From the NCBI GenBank assembly GCA_951406725.2, contig OX597824.1, positions 55,924,001-55,988,000 of the forward strand: a DNA stretch of 64,000 bases, given 5' to 3'. Below are positions 44,138-57,649 of this stretch, piece after piece. The notes beneath the pieces were generated by a model, which was not told where the DNA came from, did not search any database, and saw only the letters and a list, made by a program, of their open reading frames with translations. Positions within the stretch are counted from its first letter, which is position 1, and every line of letters begins with the position of its first letter. The stretch is from Octopus vulgaris (Eukaryota). The position numbers were made by a program, and so were the translations under genes.

Positions 44138-47100
44138 CCCTTTCGTTACTATATTTCTGACCAAAATACACTCCTCATGAGTTTCAATTAAATTCTAAAA
44201 TAGTCATGAATTTAGACTAGTTTCATTAAACAACTGTAACTTTTTTACTTGTCAACATATTGATATTTGGAACATAATTGAAGAAGGGGTTCTTAATCAA
44301 TTCTATTGCATAATTTTTGTCTCAAAGTGGCTCTAATTACAGGTAAATCCAAGTAAACTGAGCAAAATGTAAAAATATTAAAATTTTGTTTAAACATTAT
44401 CATAGAAAATGTGTCATCAGCTAATATCTAATTGGGTATGCAACAAAATTTTGATATAGAAGAATTGCACACATCACTAGATTATCAGTTGAATTTAATG
44501 CACAGAACAGGTGTACCATAAAGGTAAAATAAACTGAAATACTGGAATTTGCTTTTGAAGAAAACTAGAAAATTAAATACAACTAAATGAAATATACTCA
44601 CATACATACATGAATACACAGAAACATATATAATAAAGATTTACAATAGAAATTAAATCAAAACTTGTTACTCACCTTACAGGCAAATTAAAATTACAGG
44701 TAACTTAAAATAAAAAGTAAAACTAAGTAAATTTGAAAAATATTTATACAATCTAATTATATATATATACATGATGAGATGCAGTTTGGGTTCGTGCCAG
44801 GGAAAGTACCACTGATGCTATATTCCTGGTAAGGCAGCTGCAGGAGAAATACCTAGTCAAAGATAAGCCCCTGTACCTGGCTTTCGTTGACATGGAGAAA
44901 GCCTTTGACAGGGTCCCCCGATCCCTTATCTGGTGGTCAATGAGGAAACTAGGGATAGATGAATGGCTAGTGAGGGTTGTGCAAGCCATGTACAGAGATG
45001 CCGTAAGTAAGGTTAGGGTTGGCAACATGTACACAGAAGAATTCAAAGTAGAGGTTGGGGTCCACCAGGGTTCAGTACTCAGCCCCCTCCTATTTATCGT
45101 AGTCCTCCAGGCAATTATGGAGGAATTCAAGACAGGTTGCCCCTGGGAGCTCCTCTATGCTGACGACCTTGCTCTAATTGCTGAGTCACTATCAGAACTG
45201 GAGGAGAAGTTCCAGGTGTGGAAGGAGGGTTTAGAATCGAGGGGCCTTAGAGTCAACCTAGCTAAAACCAAAGTACTAATAAGTAGGAAGGTAGACAATC
45301 CACAAATGTCTTCAGGAAGATGGCCCTGCTCGATCTGTAGAAAAGGTGTAGGTAGAAACTCTATAAGATGTACCCAGTGTAAGCTATGGACACATAAGAG
45401 GTGCAGCAATGTCAAAGGTAGGCTAACTAGGAAGATAGTTTTTGTATGTGGCAGATGCTCGGGAGCATTAACCTCCGAAAATCTGCAGAAAACAACTTCC
45501 GTCACTTTCCAGGGGAAAAAACTAGAAGTAGTTGATAGCTTCCGTCATCTAGGTGACCAAGTCAGTAGTGGGGGTGGGTGCGCTGAAAGTATAACTGCTA
45601 AAATAAGAATAGCCTGGGCAAAGTTTAGGGAGCTCTTACCTCTGCTGGTGACTAAAGGCTCAGAGTAAAAGGCAGACTGTATGATGCATGTGTACGAACA
45701 GCCATGTTACATGGCAGTGAAACATGGGCCGTGACTGCTGAGGACATGCGTAAGCTCGTGAGGAATGAAGCCAGTATGCTCCGATGGATGTGTAATGTCA
45801 GTGTACATACTCGACAGAGCGTTAGTGCCTTGAGAGAAATGTTGTACCTAAGAAGCATCAGTTGTGGTGTGCAAGAAAGACGATTGCGCTGGTATGGTCA
45901 TGTGGCGAGAATGGATGAAGATAGGTGAGTGAGAAAGTGCCAATCCCTAGCAATTGAGGGAACCCGTGGAAGAGGTAGACCCAGGAAAACCTGGGACGAG
46001 GTGGTGAAGCACGACCTTCGAACTTTAGGCCTCACCGAGGAAATGACCAGCGACCGAGACCTTTGGAAATATGCTGTACGTGAGAAGACCAGGCAGGACA
46101 AGTGAGCCCAGCTCACTTATGCATGCCTTTCCTCCCTTGGACACAAAGACCTGTTGAGGCAAGCGAAGTCGATATCGAACCTTATCCGACAACAGGCACC
46201 CATGCCAACCCCCTTTGCTTGCGAAGACATGTTGGGGCAAGTGAAATCGAAATTGAACCAATCCTATGACTGGCACCCAGCAGTTGCCAGGACCCCTGGA
46301 CTGGTGGTACGTAAAAAGCACTATCCGAATCGTGGCCGATGCTATCGCTGCCTCGACTGGCTTCCGTGCCAGTGGCACGTAAATTGCACCAATCCGACCG
46401 TGGCCGTTGCCAGCCTCGCCTGGCACCTGTGCGGGTGGCACGCAAAAAGCACCCACTACACTCACGGAGTGGTTGGCGTTAGGAAGCGCATCCAGCTGTA
46501 GAAACATTGCCAGATAAGACCGGAGCCTGGTGCAGCCTTCTGGCTTCCCAGATCCCCGGTCGGACCGTCCAACCCATGCTAGCATGGAGAACGGACGTTA
46601 AACGATGATGATGATACAAACAATATTCACACAATATTTCTATCATGGAAAGTTGTAAAACATCCCACTCTACATACTGCAACCTTGCAGAATGCACATT
46701 GGAAAGATGTTTCAACTTGCTGTCCACTGAGAATTTTTCTTTGTTGATGTAGACATTCATGGTACTGCCTTTTGCGACCCCCGATTTTTTCTAATTTATG
46801 TAGATCGGCTGAACTCAGAGGAATATCTCTCTGGCAGGCTTTGCTTTTCCTTCCTGCAATTATTTTTTTCGAGGAATAACCTGCCCTCAACTGCGTTGCT
46901 ACATTTGCTTGGAACTGCAGATGGTCGCATGGCTTGCGAACCCCTCCTGATTTGGTATATAATATAAATGCATTTACAATGCTCATGTTTACTATATACC
47001 AAACCAGGTATCACCACCATTTATTACCCAGTCTACCAACCGGATAATAACTCATCATCTGGTTCAGCCGATCCACACCACCCATGTACTTGTTATAATC

Positions 47101-48232
47101 AAGGGGTGCCATTTTCATCTACACATGGTTGTGCACTAGTAGATAGAAAATTTATCTGCCTCTTATCTCTGTATGCGGTTGCTATCAGATTTCCTTTCTG
47201 CCATTGGATTATTTCACCACTTTTTTAAAATTTTGCTTTTTTTATATCCAACGGCAGCCCTTTTTTACTAGCAAATACTGTAGCACACATATACATTGCC
47301 ACAGCTTCTAAATCCACTGCAAGTTTGACCGAACTAAAAAATCAGTCAAACAATTATATACGGCCCTGGTTATGGTATAGAAGTGATAAATTCCAGACCA
47401 CATCATACCCTAGGCCATGCTGTACCCAGTAATTGCTTCACAAATTTTCCAAACTTTGATCCCCCATTTTGCGGGCTTTCTTGGCATATACAATCGGAAG
47501 CATACCCTTCCTTTATACCCCACCATGCCCTCATCAATGGATAAGTATCTCCCAGGGTTGTAAAATGTTTTATATGCATTTTGAACGCACTCGATGTGGG
47601 GTCTTATTTTAAATAAGTTTGGTTCTCCACGTACTGGGGTACTGCTAGTATCTCTCACATGTAAATACTGATTCAGTTTCACAAATCGTATTTGGGTCAT
47701 AATACTATGGGTATTAATAAAAATGTTTTAAAGTTTTTACTCCATTCTGGTGTAAAATCATCCTCGCTGTCGATATCACTGTCGCTACTTTCAGTTTCAT
47801 CAGAATTGCTGCTTTCAGTTTCAGATACAGAAATATCCGATTCATTTTGTCCACCATGTACTTTTGTACCTCATTCATTCTTTTCCTCGATATCTCCATA
47901 TCTTCTATTGAAAAGCCTTCAAATTCAGAATCATTACTTGATAGCACGAAACTCCTCCCCATTTTCAAAGCTGAAAAAAATTAACACCAAAAACAATGTG
48001 GAAAAAAATCTTCCAAAATTCACCATGTTCAAATATCACACCAAACAATGTCAGATACAATAACTCAACTGTTTGCAAAGTGAAATCACATGTTTTCACG
48101 AATGTACTAACGAGATTTGGGTTCAAATTTACATTCAAATAACAATGGGTACTCTCGGCCAGATATGGCTGGGTTGATCTTATAGACCAAAAAATTTTTC
48201 AGCTGGCTACGGCTGGGTTAGTAATGAAAGGG
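44138..48232 (-). mobile_element. piggyBac DNA transposon with decayed transposase and an RTE insertion
   Basis: TTAA on both sides (44134-37, 48233-36). TIRs CCCTTTCGTTACT / AGTAATGAAAGGG. Transposase LFKIRP...LSIDEGMVGYKGR...YMPRKPAKWGIKVW and Cys-rich tail CAFCKVAVCRVGCFTTFH. Confidence 0.92.
44772..46613 (+). mobile_element. 5'-truncated RTE LINE with complete 3' UTR and (GAT)n tail
   Basis: DMEKAFDRV, GVHQGSVLSP and LLYADDL, a PHD-like Cys cluster CSIC...CTQC...H..C...CGRC, and RLRWYGHV. Confidence 0.95.
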
Positions 48233-48536
48233 TTAATACTATATGTCTATAAGAGATACTTACTCAAGGCTTTCAACATATACCCACTTTAAGCATGTAA
48301 ACAGATTGCTAACCTTGATCTAATAATGCTTCTGTTGTTAATAATGAATATATTATACACACACATGTGCACAAAATAAGCTTCTGTATAGTCTGCATCT
48401 ACCAAATTATTGTAGAATATAGTTGTTTATGGTGCAATGAAATGGGATAGAACTGAAAACCATGGAGTTTGTTACCACACAGCCATATCTATGCCTCTTT
48501 GTTTCTTAATTCTCACAAATTTAATACTTTATCTAG

Positions 48537-48636
48537 GGACAAAATTCATGCACTTGAAGAAACACTGGCAAAGGGGTCTTTAAAAATATTGAAGCTATCA
48601 AGAGCAAGGACAAATTATGCAAAACTCCACAACAAG
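48537..48636 (+). CDS. VPS54: VPS54 (GARP complex subunit) coding exon, first visible in window
   Basis: AG at 48535-36, GT at 48637-38. Translates (R)DKIHALEETLAKGSLKILKLSRARTNYAKLHNK, resembling recalled human VPS54 RDKIAQIDKVMCEGSLHILRLALTRNNCVKVYNK. Ends in phase 0, matching the next exon. Confidence 0.9.
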
Positions 48637-49439
48637 GTAGGCTTCCTGGTAATTTTCTTACAGGTCTCTGATAACTTTCTTTAACACAATATGTATTTAT
48701 ATAAATGGTTGATAAGAGGAGTTGTTGACAGGACTATGGAGTTGGTACATGAAGTCTTTGACTACTACTCTTCAATTTATGGCACAACTTACTGTCTCCT
48801 TTATCTGTAATTAGACTAATCACATATCAGTAGTAAAAGTTAAAATGGAAACAACATAGAAAATTTAAAGTGGAAATAACATGAAAATTAAATCAAAAAT
48901 CCAAATCCAAAATTTACTAACATCTTGTTCTAAGAAACAGAATTGCTTCTACAAAAGCCACCTTCATAGAAGACCTTAAATCTGATTTTATTGTTTTCAA
49001 TGCAGAAAACAGTAAAGTTGATATTTATGAAACTGAGAATTTTAGTGCATTATATTATAGTTAGATGGAGAGAGTAAAAATATACCAACTCCAGCCTAAT
49101 TAATGAAATGGCATGTTATGCAATCAAAATTCTTTCATAACAAATACCGGTGAACAAATTTTTCACTATAATGAATTTTTATGATCCTCAACAATAATGT
49201 TGTTGAAACAAGGCTATATGATTTTCACTATAAAGAAATACATTACAGCAAATATTTCAATAAACAAATCAAAATTAGACTCCTAGCATCCTAAATTTCT
49301 CAAATCACTATCATCATTTAATGTTTTTTTTCCATGCTAGCATGGGTTGAATGGTTTGACAGAATCCAGCAAGCTGCAAAGCTGTATCAAATTTAAAAAA
49401 CAATGAGAAACAAAATTATTTTTGAGATAAGTCCTCTAA

Positions 49440-49880
49440 ACGAGCCATGTAGATTGTGACAGGAGCAAAGACAATGCCACTGTTAGAAATCCAGATGACG
49501 CGAGGGCATGATTGTGTTAAGCATGCCTAATTAGAGGATGTATGAGGTCAGGCCATATTGTAGTGCTGGAAAAGATGGAGAAAAGGCTATACCATACCTA
49601 TGGGCTAGAAGCTGGAATGTGCCTGCTTGTAATTTTAATGCCTATCAGTTGGGTAACCTTTCTCAGGGATGCAGTCTAGGATGTCTGTAGTAGCAGCACT
49701 CTCAAATGTGAGAGCAGTATTCCATTGTTGACTTCACTTGAACTTTGTAGAGTTTTAGTAATTGTTAGGGCTTGAAATATTTTCTTTCCCTGACAAGAAA
49801 GACTAGTCTTTGGAATGCAGCCCTAGCTATTTTAAGGATTTCTCAGAAAGAGAAATTTTGCAAAAGCAAATCAGATCAGT
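49440..49880 (-). mobile_element. Old CR1/Zenon-like LINE 3' remnant
   Basis: Minus-strand LLKLYKVQVKSTMEYCSHI at about 49706-49765. Confidence 0.55.
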
Positions 49881-50639
49881 CCAATTTACTTTGTTCTTTG
49901 CATATATGCTAAAGATATACAAATTTCAGAAGTCAAGCCAAAGTAACATTCATAAAAATAAAAGTCTTCCAACTATGACCATTTTGACTTTTTCATGGAA
50001 TCAGAAATTTTCAATTTTATTAGAAGGAAAGCTTCCAGCCTAGACCATCCTACAATTTTTATAAATTGGAGTTTTTTTAATCCAATTTTCCTAACATGAA
50101 CATCATGCAAGTGATGTTCATTTCCTGTCATCCATGAAAAACATGCCTGGCCATGGGAAAACAGTACCTTGCTTGGAAACAAATGAGGGTTGGTGACAGA
50201 AAGGGCATCTGGCTGTATAAAATCTACCTCAACAAATTCTTTCCTCCCCATGCAAACTTGGAAAGGTATACAGCCCATTTTTTTAATATTGATTCACAGA
50301 TTGTTTTTTCACATTAGTAAGAAAAAGAAGTGTTCTAACTGTAAACATCCCTTTTACAAATTCATATTTCAGTTTAAATACGGATTACAAATCAAAATTC
50401 ATAGGTAAGCAGCAACTGTCAAAAACCTAGGTATAAAAAGTGGTGGGGGCAAGCAGTGATACAACTGGGCAGTGAGGGCAGGAAAAGAGATTGGAAGACA
50501 ATCATAGTTTATGAAGAGGAAATGTGAGGAAGAGAAAGATGCAGTTTAGAAGAGGAAATGTAGTTTGGTTTCTTGGGGTAGGGGGTGTGAAAAGTTTGTT
50601 GTTACATGTGGATAGAACATAACATACCCAGTTTCGCTG

Positions 50640-53530
50640 ATGTGGGTGGGTTTTCTCTAGAACCTCATATTGCAAGACATCTTGGTCCATTGTCATTTCC
50701 TTGATGAACCTCACTATCCTAAGATTGGTCCTCACCACTCCATCCCATATCTTACATCTCACTCCTTTCCTATATATTCAACAGGGCCATTTACCTGATG
50801 GAAAGAGAGTTTTATCTGCTTTCTTGCTAACAACAACTTTAGTCACTGCTAAGTTAATTTTAAGGCCCTTTGATTTCAGGTTTTGTTTCTAAACCCAGAA
50901 CTTCTCCAGTTCTGCTCCAGATTCTGCAATAAGAGCAATATCATCAGCATTAGCAGTTCCCATAGCCATCCAATTTAGAATTTCATTGTTAAGTAAGAGT
51001 GGACTAAATGATGAATAACAACTGGACTAAAAACTGATCCCTGATGAACTCCAACTACTACACTAAATTCATCACTATATTCAAGGCTGACTCTCACCTT
51101 AATGACAGCACTGCTGTACATGGCTTGTACAGCTCTGACAAGTCACTCCTCTGCTCTTAGCTTCCTTAGAGACCACGAGATAAGAGAGCAGGGAACCATG
51201 TCGAAAGCTTTCTTCAGGTTGACAAAGGCTATGTAAAGTGGTTTACTTTTAGCCAAATACTGTTCTTGCAACTGTCTCATTAGGAAGATGGTATCTGGTA
51301 CTTCTCCCTGGAACAAAACCAAACTGCATTTCATCTAAGATGTAACTCTCTGTAATTTTCATGCCCTGGCCCTGCAGTTTGATACCGCTGTAGTTATTTC
51401 TATCTAAGGCATCACTTTTACCCTTGTAGCAGCTAACTATAACACTATTACACCAGTCATTGGGGTTAATGTCTTCCTGAATAAACTGATTAACTTTGCG
51501 AGTGACTGCCTGATATTTTAATCATCTTGGCAGTGATACCTAATGGTCCAGGACTTTCCCAGTTTTCATATCTTTAATTGCCCTATCTATGATACTACTA
51601 TCAACTCTGATAGCTGGTCTCTCGATTGGTTCAGTATTTGAAAGACTCCCTTTGTAATCATTCTCCATATTTAATAAACTTTCATAATAATATTTTCATG
51701 CATCTTTTTTCTCTAAGTCACTAAGCACAAGTAGATCATTATCCATTCACACACATTTCTCACATACTACATCTCTATTCTCTGTGATAGTTTTGCAATC
51801 CTGAACACCTATTGCCTCAGATCTTCATGCTGTATGACATTGGAAAACTTCTTAGCTTCTGCTATTCCTTTTGCTATATAAACCTGTCACTTAGCTTCCC
51901 TTCAGGCTCCCTGGTATAATGCTCTACTTCCACCAGTTTTCCAGTCCTGTTTCTTTGCTTTTATAGCACTGTCTACTTCCTTGTTCCACAACCATATCAC
52001 CCTTGGCCTAGCTGGGACTTCGCACCAACCACAGATTTGGTTAGTGGCACCCAATAAATTGTCCTGCAGGAACTTCCAATTATCCTCTTTGCTATATGTC
52101 CCTTCCTCCTCCTCCTCTCTATCATCAGAGGCTTCTAGTAGAATGGCTCTAAATTTTTGTTGGTTTGCTGGGTCTTTGAGCTTCCATAATCTTGTCCAGC
52201 ATGATTTACTTCTCCATGTCTCTCTAGACTTAATTCTGAAGACACAAACTAGTAGCCTATGTTGGGATGTACACTCTTCACCTGGGAATGTATGTATGGA
52301 TGTATTGGTCTGTCTGTGTGTGTACACACACATGCATGCACACACACATGTGAATATTATCATCACTATCATCATCTTTTCATGTCCATGTTCTATGCTG
52401 ACCTGGGTTAGATGGTCTGATAGATCCAACAGGTCTGAAGATTGCATTAGTCTTCTTTGTCACGGTTTCTATAGTTGAATCCTGTTACTAATACCAATCA
52501 CTTTACTGAGTGTATTTGGTGCTTTTATTGTGATACCAGCACAAGTGCAGTTGCCATGTATCTTGTAGCTTCACAAGATACATGGAACTATAAGTAGAGA
52601 GGGAGGTGATGAAAGATTGAAGTATGATGGAAGGAGCTGGAACAGGTTTCTTGCTATAAAGGTGGAACATGGCTGCTTGTATGATACAAGAGCAGGTTGT
52701 ATAATTGGTCTGGAGCTGGAAAGAGAAATAAAGATAGTTGGGATGAAATGGGAGGGTGAGCCTTGAGACGAGGCAGAAGATTTTGGTGAGGTAGCTGTTA
52801 ATTTTTAGAACGATATTGTAGAGTTGGTGCGAGAGCTTGAACATAAAACAAGTAGGATATGACTGGTTTAAATGCTGAAGCAATTGGCACTTCTTTATAC
52901 AACTGTCCTCTTCTATACACATCGCATGAGCATACTAATGTAGTTTCTCTCTTGCACACTACATCTGATTCCTTATGTGCTCAATTTTTCTCTTAATACA
53001 TATTTGTACCTTGTTGTTCATGCACACTTATATTGCACTTACAACAGAGCATGTTAGCTTCATTTCTTTTTTGTCTTCACATATATTCAGGACCCACATC
53101 TGGCTATTGTATAACATTGCTGTTCATACACAAGCATTATACAATCTGCTTTACACTCTGTTAGGGAAACCTTTTGTCATTAATAGAGATAATAACTCTC
53201 TGAACTTTCTCCAACTTGTTCTTAATCTAGCAGCTATACTTTTAGCGCACTCTTCTCCACTATTAACAGAAGCTACCCATTACTTCCAGGATCTACCAGG
53301 GCATTCAAGAAAATCTATATCCCATGCATTTTTAGTATTTATTGCTTCTGCACATCTGTCACATACATAGTCTGCTTTGTTAACTCTCCTGCAAGACCAG
53401 TTTTGAGCACACTGTATGCAATTCTTACCTATTCCTTTTCTACCTATTGAACAAAGCCATTTCCCTGATGGAAGCAGTCCTGTTTGTTTTCCTACTTATT
53501 AAAACTTTGGTTTTTGCTAAGTTAACTTTG
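50640..53530 (-). mobile_element. Two or more degenerate RTE LINE fragments
   Basis: TIFLMRQLQEQYLAKSKPLYIAFVNLKKAFD and FPGEECTSQHRLLV...EDNWKFLQDNLL. An RTE tail is present at about 52370-52550. Confidence 0.8.
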
Positions 53531-54852
53531 AAGCCTTTTGATTTCATGCCTATTGTCAAGTTGATATTTTTGGCCTCCTTGATAATGTATTTTCTCTCTG
53601 TTCTACTTATCACTCATTTGTCACTTCTGCATTTATCAACTATACCTTTATCACCCATGCCTGTCTTGCTAGTATCCTAATTGCTCATCTTTCAATCACT
53701 CTCTTCTTTTCACTCACTTAGTACTATGGTGCCTGTGTGATTAATGATAATGTTCTGTTCATCCTTTTAGAACATGGGATACCTACTGGATCTGTCTGAC
53801 CTTGATTCCAACACTCCACCTCTCCCTTTCTCATTCTATGCCTCTCATCCATCTTGTGTCGAGGCATATGCATAAAGTACTTTATGAAATCTGCATGTAC
53901 TTCACATTCTTCCCATGGCCATTTGGCATTATCATCCACCATATATTGTCACCCTTTATCCACATCTTATTATCTATTACTTTCTCACTCTTATTCTCTC
54001 TAGTACTGGGGCTACAAAAAATTCACTCAGTAGACACTGATAAGTCACCCAGCCATAGAAAACAAACCAGAAATGAAAATTAAAAGTAAGATGTGGTCCT
54101 CCAACTCATGTAGGAGTGCATGAATGATCCATCCAACCCATGCCTTCATGAAAAGTAGATACAAAATGATGATGCTGTGTGTGCGAGAGAGAGAGAGAGA
54201 GAGAGATTATAAATGGTGTTAGGTTTCTGAATTAGGTGTTTAGTGGGAAAACAAATGAAAAAAGGGCAGGTTAAGATAGATTATTGTATTTTAGAGATGT
54301 TTTGGAAAAATTATTTTTATATGCTAATTAGAATGTGTTTTTTTTTGTTAACTCCTGTTTCTAGACTCTCTATAGAACCTCTAAGAATGGGAAGAGGGAG
54401 GGAAGATGAAAGGTGTCCTCAAACTGGAGACAAAGCCTGAATTGCAGCAGAGTGGAATTCACTAAGGGTACACAAAGTGTCAGGTGGTAATGTTAAACTG
54501 GGTAATTGATTATTTATGCCACCCAATTAGGCCATGGCAGAATTTGAAGTCAGAATGTAAATTATGCAGAAAAAATGCCATAAGGTATCTTGTTTGAGGT
54601 ACTTGTTTTCTCAAATCCAAAAGAATGAAAGAACTGGAATAAATACCACTGGGTATCTGTTTTAGTGTTTTTAAAGTCCTGCCAATCTAATGCCTTGGAT
54701 TGATATTTTTTATTGACCCCTAAAAGGATGAAAAGCAAAGTTGACCTTAGTAAGATTAGCCAATGCTATAACACTCTGCTAATTCACCACCTAGAATGTA
54801 AGGAACCAGAGGAACAAGAATTTTAACAAAATTATTTGTATTTTCATTTCAG

Positions 54853-54995
54853 TTGAAATTGATATCAACTGTACATCAAACTCAACCAACAATACAGTTA
54901 CTCTTGTCAACTAATGAGTTTGTAGGAGCCCTGGATCTCATATCTACTACACAAGAAGTCTTAGCTCAAGAACTAGCTGGTATTCATTCTTTCAG
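54853..54995 (+). CDS. VPS54: VPS54 coding exon
   Basis: Polypyrimidine tract plus AG at 54851-52, donor GTATGT at 54996. Translates LKLISTVHQTQPTIQLLLSTNEFVGALDLISTTQEVLAQELAGIHSF(R), nearly identical to the recalled vertebrate VPS54 segment. Confidence 0.95.
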
Positions 54996-55064
54996 GTATG
55001 TCATTGATTTTCATGTAACTTTATATCATCGTCATCATCATCATCATTGTAGGTTTTATGTATA

Positions 55065-56199
55065 CAGAGTGTAAACACACTTTAGCAGTTGGTAACTCAC
55101 TTAATTTTCATTTCTTTTTAGTTTTAATCCATTACGAATAATGAAGGAAATCAGATTCAGTTTTGAACAAAGGAAATTTATCCTAAAGCGCAATTGGAAA
55201 TTTGAAAACAATGAAAATGCATAAAACAGTTTAAGTGGGAGTTTCAAACAGATCCACCTACATGTCTAACCATCAGTTGAATTAGAGATAAGTTTGAAGC
55301 AGATAGAATTTTCAGAATGCCCACAAGAAATGTTTTGGAAGACTGCAGATATTGATGAACCCCACAAAGTAAGAAAGGATATTAGAAACATATTGTTAGA
55401 GTTCAAGAAAATCTGCATGGCAAGTAAATCATGTGAGAGGAATCTCAAAGTCAAGCATCCATCACATTTTAAATTACTATATTTGGAAAGGTTGATAGTC
55501 TATGCTCCCAATGAAGATGATTGTGGAGTTTTTGAGAGTGGTACTTGGCAAGATGTGTGAAAGATTCACACTTTCCAACAAAGATGGCTTGGAATGATGG
55601 GGCTACATTTAAATTAAATGGCTCAATTAACTGTCACAGTTACACTTACTGGTGACCTAAGAATCTGCATGTTATGGAGGAACATCATGTTAGTTTGCAA
55701 GGAGTTACTGTATGGTGTGGCTTATCATCAAAACGATTAATTTGACATTCTTTTTTTACTGTACTGTGACTGGTCCATATACTTAAACTTGCTGTGACAT
55801 TCTGTCATGCATAGCATTCAAAAGAACTTTGATGGTGGAGTTTTATTTCCAGCAAGATAGTTCATCCCACACTACTAGTTTACTGGACCTCATACCATTA
55901 GGCGTTTTTATGGTGATATTTAAAAGATACAAAACTGGCAACAGTCGATGAATTGAGGACAGCCATAGAATAAGAATATGTACAAATACTAATGAAATGT
56001 TTTTTGATATTTGCAATTTCATAGCTGCATATTATCAGCAGTGCTTGGACCAGAACAGTCAAAGTTTGAAAACTGGCATTCATATAAACAAAACGAAATT
56101 CTGCCTGTAGATTTTATTAAACTTTGAAAATGAATTATATTTAATAAACACTGATGTAATAATCATTCAATGTGTTTCTCCATTTCTTGATATACCCTG
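55065..56199 (+). mobile_element. Decayed Tc1/mariner transposon (rosa/DD41D-like) filling most of a VPS54 intron
   Basis: [21 protein letters not shown]...VTVWCGLSS at about 55590-55730 and FYFQQD. Ends CAGAGTGT / ATACCCTG, preceded by TA. Confidence 0.7.
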
Positions 56200-56352
56200 C
56201 TTACATTATAAACAGTGGCATGGCTTTGTGGTTACAAAGTTTGCTTTAAAAAATCATAATTTTAGGTTCTCTCCCATTGCTAAGTAAACTTCTTAAACAC
56301 ATAGCCATCCCAGAATCTGTGTTTTACTATTATCAATAATTATTTTTTACAG

Positions 56353-56479
56353 GCATTTGGGCTCTCAATTAGCAGAACTTGAGAAAGTTATTAACAAGAT
56401 GCTATTAGCAGAACTTAATAAATATGTTACTGCAAAACTAAATCGGCCAACAGTTGATCCGCAACCTTTATCTGATGAT
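56353..56479 (+). CDS. VPS54: VPS54 coding exon
   Basis: tttttacAG acceptor, GTAAGT donor at 56480. The split Arg codon (AG+G) joins the previous exon and gives HLGSQLAELEKVINKMLLAELNKYVTAKLNRPTVDPQPLSDD (human HLGSQLCELEKLIDKMMIAEF...). Confidence 0.93.
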
Positions 56480-56697
56480 GTAAGTAATCACTGATGTTTT
56501 TAAAGTTTCAAATTTCTTTTAATATTAAAATTTAGTATTGTGTTGTTTTTTTTTCATATGCCTGCATGCATGTGTGCTTATGGCAATCAAGATTACTGAG
56601 ATGTAGTAAATTTTGTTTACAAATTATGTATATACATGAAAGTGTGTATATATGTTCATCAATGTTTGTCTATAATTATATCATCATCATCTTTTAA

Positions 56698-56912
56698 CCC
56701 TTTTGATACTAACCCGCCTGAAACCACTGGCTCTGTAGTATAAATATATTGTTTTCAAAAGTTCCGAATTAAAATCTTCCTTGAAACCTTAGTCACAATT
56801 TATCTTCCTGACACTATCTTAATGATTAGTTATTTTCGTAAACTCTTTGTTATATTTATAATTAATTGAAAGAAACACAGAACATCTCAACAGAAATATG
56901 GTAACAAAAGGG
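56698..56912. mobile_element. piggyBac-type MITE
   Basis: TTAA|CCCTTTTGATAC ... GTAACAAAAGGG|ATAA. Inserted in the TTAA of an RTE tail. Confidence 0.8.
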
Positions 56913-57649
56913 ATAATGCCTGTCTTCTCTGCTAGTTAGGGTTGGGTGGATTGACAGAATTTGATGGGCCAAAGGACAACATCATGCTTGCTTTGGCATG
57001 ATTTTTGTGGCTGGACTTCCTTCTTAATATTAACCACTTTATAGAGTGCATTTTTTCTGGACCAACACTATTGAGTCTGCTATGTATCTCAAAAGACAGA
57101 TCAACATGATACCAAGGCATGGTAAGAGATGGAGTAGGAATGCGAATGTACTGAATGATGAACCAGGGTTGGGGCAGGGGAGGTTTCAGTGGTAAATATA
57201 AGTTGGAGGAAATAAAGGAAAGAAGAGACAATGACTAGAGAGAGAGAGAGAGAGAGATGATGTATGAGTAGATTGGTTGTAAGAATGTGAAGGAAGTGGG
57301 AGAGATATAGTGTGTGGGGTGAGTGAGAGATGTATGGTGCAAATCAGTAGGAAGTAATTTAGAGGAGAGTGAGAGATAATTTGGTAACATAGATGGGTGA
57401 TCAATGTAAAATATGAATGAAGGACTGTATAGGGAGTGAGAGATATATAGTGTTAGCAGAAAGCCAAGCTGAAATGATTCATTGGAGAAGGAGAGAGATA
57501 ATTTATAGCATACAAAAGTAAGGTGATTCATGTAAAATGTAAATAGGAAAGGACATTGTTAAGAATGAAGAATGGATCTCAAGTGAAATGGTTCTGGGTA
57601 GTAAAAAAGATAACTGGTAGTGCAGAAAAAGATGAGAAATGTGTGATTC

